The translations under genes were made by a program, and so were the position numbers. A DNA stretch of 64,000 nt, from NCBI GenBank assembly GCA_964523575.1, contig CAZGAV010000005.1, positions 6,379 to 70,378 of the forward strand, in the 5' to 3' direction. Below the pieces are notes generated by a model that was not told the DNA's origin, did not search any database, and saw only the letters and a list, made by a program, of their open reading frames with translations. Numbering within the stretch: position 1 is the first letter of the stretch; each line of letters starts with the position of its first letter. Shown in pieces: positions 8,962 through 16,998 of the stretch. The stretch comes from an uncultured Ignavibacteriales bacterium (GTDB taxonomy: Bacteria > Zixibacteria > MSB-5A5 > GN15 > JAAZOE01).

Positions 8962-9918
8962 TTAGAATCCCCCCGAAATAGTGACCCGGTGACTGCTACC
9001 GAGGTCAAGGTATGGCATGAAGGCATAGGCTATATGGTATTCCTTGAAATCGAGGCCGAAACCGGCGGCGAATCCGCCCCAGGCGTCGGAATCGGAACCG
9101 GTTTTATAATTTTCGCCGAACAATGAATATCCCAGCCTCAAATAGAGCGGTTGGAACTTATAAAATTCCGTCCCGACATTGATATAGGGATCATTGTCAT
9201 TGGGCAAAACCCCGTCGATGGCTATCACCAGCGGCAATTCCCGCAGTGAATGGGAAACTCCGCCCCTGACGCCCATCGGTAATTTATCCTTGTGGTCGGT
9301 ATAGCCGGAAAAAACTCCGCCCAGATTAAAGAAGGAAAGACCGACCGTCGTCAGCGAATCTCTCATCTTCATTCGCAATCCCAGGTCAACCGCAAAAGCG
9401 TCGGATCCATAGGTATCGGCCGCCTCATGCATATATTTGATATTGAAACCGCCCGACAGGGCCGGCGTCAACCGGGTGGCGAAGCTGGCGCCGATCAGAA
9501 AGTCACCGCCCGAAAATTTGTCCATCGGAACGCCGTTGACGTCGGTCCGGGTAAAATCGCCGAAATTGAGATAGTCGATAAACATGCCGATACGATGGCT
9601 ATCCTTGAGACTTGTCGTATAGGCCACGTAGCCGGATTGCATGTCGAGTACATAATTGTGATAGCCGGCCAGAAACTGGCGGCCTTGCTGGTCGGCAAGC
9701 CCGGCCGGGTTGTAATACATCGCCGTGGGATCATCGGCCAGAGCGGTGAAAGCGCCGCCCATAGCCACGGCCTTGGCGCCCACACCCAGCTTCAGGAAAG
9801 AAAAACCGGTCGTCCCGGCTCTTTTGTTGATACTTTTGGCCATTACCGGAGCGGCCAGAATCAAAATCGCCATCGCGAAAACTACCGCTTTGCGACCGGA
9901 ATTGATATTTTGCTTCAT
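8962..9918 (-). CDS. PorV/PorQ-family outer-membrane beta-barrel protein (T9SS-associated family)
   Basis: Signal peptide, then FSFLKLGVGAKAVAMGGAFTALADDPTAMYYNPAGLA. This matches the PorV/PorQ N-terminal signature (aRa.gMGga..A..dD.sa...NPAgLa). The rest shows alternating beta-strand periodicity and ends ...RVTISGGF. Confidence 0.6.
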   Translation of the reverse strand: MKQNINSGRKAVVFAMAILILAAPVMAKSINKRAGTTGFSFLKLGVGAKAVAMGGAFTALADDPTAMYYNPAGLADQQGRQFLAGYHNYVLDMQSGYVAYTTSLKDSHRIGMFIDYLNFGDFTRTDVNGVPMDKFSGGDFLIGASFATRLTPALSGGFNIKYMHEAADTYGSDAFAVDLGLRMKMRDSLTTVGLSFFNLGGVFSGYTDHKDKLPMGVRGGVSHSLRELPLVIAIDGVLPNDNDPYINVGTEFYKFQPLYLRLGYSLFGENYKTGSDSDAWGGFAAGFGLDFKEYHIAYAFMPYLDLGSSHRVTISGGF

Positions 9919-10032
9919 AATCTCCGTTATCCCGATTTACCCTCGCAAGGGTGTTAGTGGCAACCAATACCCAATATCGATATAAAATATACGCATCGTC
10001 AACCATTTATACCATACAATTGCCGCCGAGTT

Positions 10033-10524
10033 CTACCAACTTTTAGTCGTAAAGCTGAGAATATCGGACGTCAACTGCGTTATCACCCGCGCCTGGCCGT
10101 CCTCTTCGGTCTCGGTGTTGGCGTCATATATGCCTTCGGCATAAAACTGCTTGTCCCAGATAATATCTTCGGTGCCGGCTTTGACGACCTTAACTGTCAC
10201 CGCTACCTTGACGACGTATTGCGAAACATTATCCTGCTGGTCATAGGTGTAAGCGTCGCGCCGATAGCTCTCGACGGATCCGTTCATGATCGCCTCGGCC
10301 CGCGACGGCTCCTTAATTTCTACGATATTGTCCCGAATAAAAGCGTCCACGATGGACTCGGTCAGGCGGTCGGAAAGCTGGTACTCGATAGTTTTATTCT
10401 CAAACTGGGCGACATTGAGTGAAGCGAACGGGGCCTTGCCCGACCCCGAAAAGGAATAGACGCCGCAACCCTGGCCGGCGGTCAGAAGGAGCAGGGTCAG
10501 GCCGATCAGGCGCAAAAATCTCAT
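10033..10524 (-). CDS. lptE: LPS-assembly lipoprotein LptE family
   Basis: Internal start MRFLRLIGLTLLLLTAGQGCGVYSFSGSG... gives a lipobox followed by the CG(Y)SFSG motif typical of LptE. Further matches are ...VAQFENKT...LTESIVDAF...MNGSVESY.... The ATG (10522-10524) overlaps the hutI stop (ATGA). The track's 304-aa version would overlap hutI by ~420 nt. Confidence 0.6.
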   Translation of the reverse strand: MRFLRLIGLTLLLLTAGQGCGVYSFSGSGKAPFASLNVAQFENKTIEYQLSDRLTESIVDAFIRDNIVEIKEPSRAEAIMNGSVESYRRDAYTYDQQDNVSQYVVKVAVTVKVVKAGTEDIIWDKQFYAEGIYDANTETEEDGQARVITQLTSDILSFTTKSW

Positions 10525-11795
10525 TCTCCGACTACCACTTTTCCTCTTTTGATGACTACATCCGCCAGGTTTACACCGTAGTGATAAGGCAGTTCCCGAT
10601 AATCGTCCATATCCCAGATCACCATATCGGCCGGCAGCCCCGGTTCCAGCCGTCCCAGCCGCTCGCCCTGGTCGATGGCGCAGGCCGCATTGACCGTCAC
10701 GGCCGAGAGCGATTCCGCCGCCGTCATTTTCAGCTTGAGCGCCGCCAGGGAAATAATCATCGGCAACGATTCGGTCATCGACGATCCGGGATTGCAATCG
10801 GTCGATAAAGCGATGATAACGCCTTTTTCGATCATCTTTCGAGCCGGGGCGGCGCTTTCCAGTCCCAGCGCAAACGATGTCCCCGGCAGAAGAACCGCCA
10901 CTGTTTTCGACGCGGCCAGCAAGTCGATACCTTTTTCGGAAATGCAAACCAGATGGTCGGCCGAGACGGCGCCGATTTCGGCCGCCAATTCCGCGCCCCC
11001 GGTCGATTTCAATTCGTCGGCGTGAAGTTTGGCTTTCATCCCCGCTTTCTGGGCCGCCTCAAGTATCCGCCGCGATTCCTCGACCGTGAAAACGCCCTCT
11101 TCGCAAAACACGTCGCAGAACAACGCCAGCTTCTTTTCGGCCACGGCCGGGATCATCTTGTCTATGACCAGATCGACATAAGCCTCATGCCGCTCGCGAT
11201 ATTCGTCCGGCACCTCATGAGCCCCGAGAAAAGTCGGGTACAAATCCATCGCTTCCTGCTCATTGAGTTTTTTAATTATCTCCAGAGACTTGATTTCCGA
11301 GTCGGTTGACAAACCGTATCCGGATTTGGCCTCGATCGAGGTGACGCCGTACGACATCAGGGTGTCGAGCGTCTTTTTGGCCCGGGCGTAAAGCTTGTCT
11401 TCTTCCATCTCCCGTAAGTGGCGGACTGAGGCCCGGATGCCGCCTCCGGCCCGGGCGATATCCATATAGCTTTTGCCCATCACCCGCATTTCGAACTCGA
11501 GTTCGCGGGTCCGGGCGAAAATGGGGTGCGTGTGGGGGTCGATCAAACCCGGGGTGACGACCCGGTTATCGGCCGAAAGCACGACGCAGTTTTCAGCCGG
11601 TTCGATCTCCCGGGAAACGTCGTCGGCCTTGCCCGCGGCCATAATTTCGTCGCCGGAAACCGCCACGGCCCCATCAGTCACGAGACCGATTTCACTCATA
11701 TCGCGGCCCCGCCGGGGAACCGGGCCCTGCATCGTCACCAGCTGACCGATATTCTTTATTACCAGAGTTGTCTTTTTCTTCTTGGACGTCGCCAT
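10521..11795 (-). CDS. hutI: Imidazolonepropionase
   Basis: Full-length similarity to HutI (…VVTPGLIDPHTHPIF…GGGIRASV…KAKLHADEL…ADHL…TDCNPGSS…). It lies immediately downstream of hutU. Confidence 0.9.
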   Translation of the reverse strand: MATSKKKKTTLVIKNIGQLVTMQGPVPRRGRDMSEIGLVTDGAVAVSGDEIMAAGKADDVSREIEPAENCVVLSADNRVVTPGLIDPHTHPIFARTRELEFEMRVMGKSYMDIARAGGGIRASVRHLREMEEDKLYARAKKTLDTLMSYGVTSIEAKSGYGLSTDSEIKSLEIIKKLNEQEAMDLYPTFLGAHEVPDEYRERHEAYVDLVIDKMIPAVAEKKLALFCDVFCEEGVFTVEESRRILEAAQKAGMKAKLHADELKSTGGAELAAEIGAVSADHLVCISEKGIDLLAASKTVAVLLPGTSFALGLESAAPARKMIEKGVIIALSTDCNPGSSMTESLPMIISLAALKLKMTAAESLSAVTVNAACAIDQGERLGRLEPGLPADMVIWDMDDYRELPYHYGVNLADVVIKRGKVVVGE

Positions 11796-11798
11796 AGT

Positions 11799-13451
11799 CT
11801 ATTTCATCATCGGAATTTTAATTTTCTTATCCTTGGCAAATTGGATAGCTTCCTTGTAACCGGCGTCGGCATGGCGCATAATCCCCGTTCCGGGATCGTT
11901 GGTCAAAACCCGATTGAGCCGGACTTTCATTTCCTTACTGCCGTCGGCGACGATCACCATCCCGGCATGGATGGCGTTCCCGATGCCGACTCCGCCGCCG
12001 TGATGAATCGACACCCAGCTGGCGCCGGAGACGGCATTGAGCAGACCGTTCAGCAGGGGCCAGTCGGCGATGGGATCGGAACCATCCAGCATGCCTTCAG
12101 TCTCACGATAGGGGCTGGCCACCGAGCCGCAGTCGAGATGGTCGCGGCCGATGACGATCGGAGCCGATATCTTGCCGCTTTTGACGTAATTATTGAGAAT
12201 TTCGCCGAATCGAGCTCGTTCGCCGTACCCCAGCCAGCAGATACGTGCCGGCAAACCCTGGAAGGGAATTCGCTCCCGGGCCATTTTCATCCAGCGCATC
12301 AGCGATTCATTATGCTTGAATTCCTTCATGATAATCTTATCGGTGACGTCGATGTCTTTGGGATCGCCTGAAAGAGCCGCCCAGCGAAAAGGTCCCTTGC
12401 CGCTGCAAAACAGGGGACGAATATACTCGGGAACGAAACCGGGAAAATCAAAGGCGTTTTTGAGGCCGCCTTTCTTGGCCTGCCCGCGCAGATTGTTGCC
12501 ATAATCGAAGACTATCGAACCTGCGCTCTGGAAACGGATCATGGCCTCGCAATGGCGCACCATCGATTCGTATGAACGCTTGATATATTCGGTCGGGTTA
12601 TCTTTCCGGAGCTTGGCCGCCTCGTTGACCGTCAACCGCTCGGGAATATAACCGTTCAATTCATCATGCGCCGAGGTCTGATCGGTAACGACGTCGGGGA
12701 TCATACCCCGCCTGAAAATCTCCGGAAAAATTTCGGCGCAATTACCCACAAGACCGATGGAAACCGCCTTCTTTTCGGCGGTACTTTCCTTGATGAGCTT
12801 AAGCGCCTTATCCAGAGTTTTGACTTTGACGTCGCAAAAACCCGATTTCACGCGGCGATTGATATGGGCCTCGTCCACTTCAACCACCAGTATCGACGCT
12901 CCCGCCATCGTCCCGGCCAGTGGCTGAGCCGCGCCCATTCCGCCCATACCCCCGGTCAAAATCCATCGTCCCGACAGATCGCCGCCAAAATGCTTGTCGG
13001 CCAGGGCGGCAAAGGTCTCATAGGTCCCCTGGATAATTCCCTGAGTACCGATATAAATCCAGCTCCCGGCCGTCATCTGGCCGAACATGATCAGCCCCAT
13101 TTTTTCGAACTGACGGAATTTTTCCCAGGTTGCCCAATGAGGCACCAGATGGCTGTTGGCGATCAAAACCCGCGGCGCATACTCATGCGTCCGGAAAATA
13201 CCGGCCGGTTTGCCCGACTGGATCAGAAGGGTCTCGTCGTTTTCCAGCGATTTCAGCGAGGCGATGATGGCGTGGTAGCAGGGCCAGTTCCGGGCCGCTT
13301 TGCCGGACCCGCCATATACGACCAGATTTTTGGGATCCTCGCCGACTTCGGGATCCAGATTGTTGTTGAGCATCCGCATGGCGGCTTCCTGATGCCAGCT
13401 TTTGCAGGTCAGTTTTGTTCCTCGCTGGGCTTTGACCGGAGTATATTTCAT
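11799..13451 (-). CDS. hutU: Urocanate hydratase
   Basis: [56 protein letters not shown]... is the canonical HutU N-terminus. Length is 550 aa. Confidence 0.95.
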   Translation of the reverse strand: MKYTPVKAQRGTKLTCKSWHQEAAMRMLNNNLDPEVGEDPKNLVVYGGSGKAARNWPCYHAIIASLKSLENDETLLIQSGKPAGIFRTHEYAPRVLIANSHLVPHWATWEKFRQFEKMGLIMFGQMTAGSWIYIGTQGIIQGTYETFAALADKHFGGDLSGRWILTGGMGGMGAAQPLAGTMAGASILVVEVDEAHINRRVKSGFCDVKVKTLDKALKLIKESTAEKKAVSIGLVGNCAEIFPEIFRRGMIPDVVTDQTSAHDELNGYIPERLTVNEAAKLRKDNPTEYIKRSYESMVRHCEAMIRFQSAGSIVFDYGNNLRGQAKKGGLKNAFDFPGFVPEYIRPLFCSGKGPFRWAALSGDPKDIDVTDKIIMKEFKHNESLMRWMKMARERIPFQGLPARICWLGYGERARFGEILNNYVKSGKISAPIVIGRDHLDCGSVASPYRETEGMLDGSDPIADWPLLNGLLNAVSGASWVSIHHGGGVGIGNAIHAGMVIVADGSKEMKVRLNRVLTNDPGTGIMRHADAGYKEAIQFAKDKKIKIPMMK

Positions 13452-13716
13452 CTTACCTTCCTACCTTTTTGACAGACGATACAAGCTTATAAAGTAATTT
13501 TTTACCGGTGCTATGTCAATTGATTTATACCGGACGGGCTTCGTTCGCTCTCGAATAGCGAGACCTCGCCGCGTCATGGAATCCGGTTGATGCATTTGTA
13601 ACTGACATCCGGGTCCAATCATGACATCCCAACACTCAGGAAAGTCGAAAAATTGACAGGCATCAGTTATGGGGAGCTCGACTTTCTCCGCAATAGCAAA
13701 ACCAAGGAGAGGCATC

Positions 13717-14193
13717 ATGGCTGGAACCCCTCATTCGTTGAGAAATGGGATAATTTACGTTTTGCTGGGAGGAGCGGTCCTGTTCGTGGCCGTCGCCCTC
13801 GGCATCAGGGTCGGATTCGCCCTCAAAAGCGACACTCCGCCCACCCTGACCCCCGACAATCTGCCCAATCAAAGCCTTCTCAAACCGGGCGACGTCATCC
13901 CCGAATTACCGGTTCTCAACCTCGATGGCCGGGCGACAGCATTAAATGACGCCGTCGACGGCAAACCGGCTCTGGTGCCAGAGGTCCGCTCAACTGCCCC
14001 TTTATTCGTAACAAGTCTGCCGGTCACTGGAGTGGCGTCGAACCCTGTCTCCCGTTCATCATCATCGAACAAGCTCGAAACCTCTCTGAAATCACCCCGG
14101 CCCGGTAATTTCCGTACCGGCCTTATTTTATCAATACCTCTCTTCTGGCCTCTGGTCGAATATGATAAGGCCATGTTTATCAAAAAGTTATAA
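13717..14193 (+). CDS. Signal-anchored hypothetical protein; N-terminal part resembles TlpA/redoxin family but no in-frame CxxC (possibly decayed)
   Basis: AAGGAGAGG RBS before the ATG at 13717. TM helix IIYVLLGGAVLFVAVALGI, then LKPGDVIPELPVLNLDGRATALNDAVDGKPALV, which is a typical redoxin lead-in. The downstream in-frame sequence is low-complexity, while an alternative frame reads ...PLNCPFIRNK...LPFIIIEQARNLSEI. Confidence 0.35.
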   Translation: MAGTPHSLRNGIIYVLLGGAVLFVAVALGIRVGFALKSDTPPTLTPDNLPNQSLLKPGDVIPELPVLNLDGRATALNDAVDGKPALVPEVRSTAPLFVTSLPVTGVASNPVSRSSSSNKLETSLKSPRPGNFRTGLILSIPLFWPLVEYDKAMFIKKL

Positions 14194-14269
14194 ATCTGTA
14201 ATCGGGTTGCGCCCAATCGTCTTCGCCGATTATTCCTGCTATCGCCCGGTCCATTTCGTCGATTTCCGC

Positions 14270-14296
14270 TAAATAGCTCAACTTATTTGCCGATTT
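14270..14296 (+). promoter_or_regulatory. Sigma-28 (FliA)-type promoter upstream of motAB
   Basis: TAAA (14270-14273), exactly 15 nt, then GCCGATTT (14289-14296). Consensus is TAAA-N15-GCCGATAA. It lies ~58 nt upstream of the motA ATG. Confidence 0.6.
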
Positions 14297-14353
14297 ACAC
14301 TTAAAGAGGCGGTCAAAACCACCTCGTGCGAAAGAGGAGACTAAGGTAAAGCT

Positions 14354-15211
14354 ATGTTAACCATCGTCGGTTTTATAGTCGTGGCCGGGGCCGTTGTCGG
14401 CGGCTTCATTATGGAGGGAGGCCAGTTGATGGTGCTCTTCCAGCCGGCCGAATTTTTGATCATCGGCGGAGCCTCCCTGGGGGCCCTTTTAATCACCGCC
14501 TCGCCCTCGAATATCAAGGCTATCATCAGCCAGGCCGCTGCCTCATTCGGCTCCGGCTATGGAAAAGCCGATTACACCGGGCAGATGGTCATGCTCTATG
14601 AAATTTTCAATATTGCCCGCCGCGAGGGGCTGGTCGGCCTGGAATCCCATATCGAAAAACCCCACGAATCGGAAGTTATCAAAAAATATCCGGGATTTCT
14701 GAAAAATCATCACGCCGTCAGCTTCATGAGTGATACTATGCGCCTGATTATCACCGGGTCGGTTCAACCTCATGAGCTGGAGGCCTTGCTCGACGTTGAC
14801 CTCGACACTCATCACGAAGAGCAGGATGCCCCGCCGTCTCTGCTGTCTAATATGGCCGACTCTCTGCCCGGGCTGGGAATCGTCGCCGCCGTCCTCGGTG
14901 TTGTCATCACCATGGGCGCCATCGGCGGCCCCCCCGAAACCATCGGACACAAAGTCGGTGCGGCTCTGGTCGGCACCTTTCTCGGCGTCTTGCTTTGCTA
15001 CGGTTTCGTCGGCCCGCTCGCCAACAGCATCAAAACCTATAACAAATCCGATGCCGGGTACATGCAATGTCTCAAGCAATGCCTGCTGGCCTTCTGCAAG
15101 GGCTTTCCGCCCTCCATCGCCGTCGAATACGGCCGCCGGTCAATACCGACCGATGCCCGGCCCTCATTCATTGAAGTCGAAGAAGCCTGCAAGGAAACCA
15201 GAAAATCGTAG
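14354..15211 (+). CDS. motA: Flagellar motor stator protein MotA
   Basis: Collinear similarity to E. coli MotA from N-terminus to C-terminus. Examples: MLTIVGFIVVAGAVVGGFIMEGGQL..FQPAEFLIIGG...; ...SLPGLGIVAAVLGVV...; ...PPSIAVEYGRRSIPTDARPSFIEVEE. Confidence 0.9.
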   Translation: MLTIVGFIVVAGAVVGGFIMEGGQLMVLFQPAEFLIIGGASLGALLITASPSNIKAIISQAAASFGSGYGKADYTGQMVMLYEIFNIARREGLVGLESHIEKPHESEVIKKYPGFLKNHHAVSFMSDTMRLIITGSVQPHELEALLDVDLDTHHEEQDAPPSLLSNMADSLPGLGIVAAVLGVVITMGAIGGPPETIGHKVGAALVGTFLGVLLCYGFVGPLANSIKTYNKSDAGYMQCLKQCLLAFCKGFPPSIAVEYGRRSIPTDARPSFIEVEEACKETRKS

Positions 15212-15216
15212 GAATT

Positions 15217-16068
15217 ATGTCTGAAGATCAGGGCAAAAAAGACCAGCCGATAATCATCGTTAAAAGAGGCAACAAACATGCGGGGCATCACGGCGGCGCC
15301 TGGAAGGTGGCCTATGCCGATTTCGTCACGGCCATGATGGCCTTTTTCCTCGTCATGTGGCTGGTCACGCAGTCCAGCACCATCAAACAGGCAGTGCAAT
15401 CCTATTTCCTCGACCCCACCAACAGCGGAAAGAACTTCAAATCCAGCATTCTCGAAGGCGGCGCCGGCGCCGCTAAAGGCGGCGCGCTGGGGACCGGACC
15501 CGGCGACGAAATGACTCAGGTCGAACAGGCCAAAAAAGATATGGAGGCGCTTAGCGCCCGCCTGAAAGACGTCATCAAGGGCATGCCGGGCCTCGATATC
15601 CTGCGCAATTCCATCGAAATTGAAATGACCCGCGAAGGATTGCGGATTCAGCTTATCGAGGGAAGTAAGGACGTCCAGTTTTTCAAATCGGGCCGGGCGA
15701 TGTTGAGCCGTAAGGCGGAACTGATATTGAAAACCATCGCCATGGAGCTGAGCAAAATCCCCAATCAACTGGTTATCGAGGGCCACACCGACGCCTCGGA
15801 TAATTCCTTCGCCGAAAATTACACCAATTTTGAATTATCGTCCGACCGGGCCAACGCCGCCCGGCGAGCTATGGTCGAGGGCGGACTCGACCCCCATCAA
15901 GTTTATAACGTCCGGGGGTATGCCGCCAACAAACCCCGCTTTCCCGACAACCCTTACGACCCTCGCAATCGGCGCATAACCATCCTCGTTCTCAACCGGG
16001 TACCAGGCACGGACGCCCCTGAAGACGATTATCAATCGCCGATTATTATGTCAAATAGCGGCCCATAG
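15217..16068 (+). CDS. motB: Flagellar motor protein MotB (OmpA-like C-terminal domain)
   Basis: N-terminal plug/TM region HHGGAWKVAYADFVTAMMAFFLVMWL with the conserved Asp. The C-terminal OmpA-like peptidoglycan-binding domain reads (EGHTD...NFELSSDRANAARR...NRRITI). Confidence 0.85.
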   Translation: MSEDQGKKDQPIIIVKRGNKHAGHHGGAWKVAYADFVTAMMAFFLVMWLVTQSSTIKQAVQSYFLDPTNSGKNFKSSILEGGAGAAKGGALGTGPGDEMTQVEQAKKDMEALSARLKDVIKGMPGLDILRNSIEIEMTREGLRIQLIEGSKDVQFFKSGRAMLSRKAELILKTIAMELSKIPNQLVIEGHTDASDNSFAENYTNFELSSDRANAARRAMVEGGLDPHQVYNVRGYAANKPRFPDNPYDPRNRRITILVLNRVPGTDAPEDDYQSPIIMSNSGP

Positions 16069-16164
16069 AGATCTCCCGGGCCGCCGCGCACGACTCCGAC
16101 TGAATATCGCATCGACGTCATCAGGGCTTGATTTTTATCCGGCCCTGCCACATATTGAATAATT

Positions 16165-16992
16165 ATGAAAAACGACTATATCTTTCAGGCCAGCGACGGC
16201 CAACAACTGGCCGCGACCGCTTTCGGCGGCCGGCCCGGGAAAGACGCCCGTTGCATCATCTACGTCCACGGTTTCAAGGGATTCAAAGACTGGGGCTTCG
16301 TGCCTTACCTCGGCGAATATCTTTCCGACAGAGGTTTCTTCGTTGTCACCTTCAATTTTTCCCATAATGGAATCGGCGCTCAGCCAACCGAATTCACTGA
16401 GTTGGATAAATTCGCCCGCAACACTTTCTCTCGCGAAATACGCGAACTGGGGGAGATGATCGGCGCTCTCCGCGGCGGCGTTTTCGGGCCGATATCCAAA
16501 CCGCGCGTCGGCCTCCTGGGACATAGCCGCGGCGGTGGGATCGCTCTCCTGACGGCGGCCCAAAGAACCGATATCGACGCCGCCGTGCTCTGGTCGTCGG
16601 TTTCCACTTTCGACCGTTACAACGACGCCCTGACCCAAAAATGGCGGGAGGAAGGATATATCGAAATCGTCAATCAGCGCACCAAACAGGTGATGCACCT
16701 CGATATATCACTGCTCAATGATCTGGAAAATAACCGGGACGATCTGCTCAATATCGAAAAAGCCGCCGGAAGCCTCCACTGCCCCCTGCTCCTTGTTCAC
16801 GGCGAAAAAGACGAAAGCGTCCCGGCGGTCGAAGCCCAGGAATTACACCGTTGGGCCGGCGACAAAAGTGAAATCCTGCTGGTGCCCGGTACCGGTCACA
16901 CCTTCGACGCCAAACATCCTTTCGAGGGAAGTAACGACAAGCTGGATCTGGTGCTCAATAAAACGGCTGAATTTTTCGACAAAAATCTCTAA
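16165..16992 (+). CDS. Alpha/beta hydrolase
   Basis: GxSxG nucleophile elbow (GHSRGGG). C-terminal ...LLLVHGEKDESVP...GTGHTF is typical of the dienelactone hydrolase/prolyl oligopeptidase-type fold. Confidence 0.75.
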   Translation: MKNDYIFQASDGQQLAATAFGGRPGKDARCIIYVHGFKGFKDWGFVPYLGEYLSDRGFFVVTFNFSHNGIGAQPTEFTELDKFARNTFSREIRELGEMIGALRGGVFGPISKPRVGLLGHSRGGGIALLTAAQRTDIDAAVLWSSVSTFDRYNDALTQKWREEGYIEIVNQRTKQVMHLDISLLNDLENNRDDLLNIEKAAGSLHCPLLLVHGEKDESVPAVEAQELHRWAGDKSEILLVPGTGHTFDAKHPFEGSNDKLDLVLNKTAEFFDKNL

Positions 16993-16998
16993 CGCGCC

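Noticed and set aside
10525-10947. N-terminal 140 aa of the 304-aa track ORF 10033-10947
   Set aside because: This part overlaps the 3' end of hutI in another frame and translates to Arg/Gly-rich nonsense. The internal ATG at 10524 yields a clean lipoprotein signal peptide and overlaps the hutI stop.
14354-16068. MotAB as a Zorya-type (ZorAB) anti-phage module
   Set aside because: MotA here is 285 aa and collinear with flagellar MotA. It lacks the long C-terminal tail of ZorA. No ZorC/ZorD-like genes are adjacent. A sigma-28 flagellar-type promoter precedes the pair.
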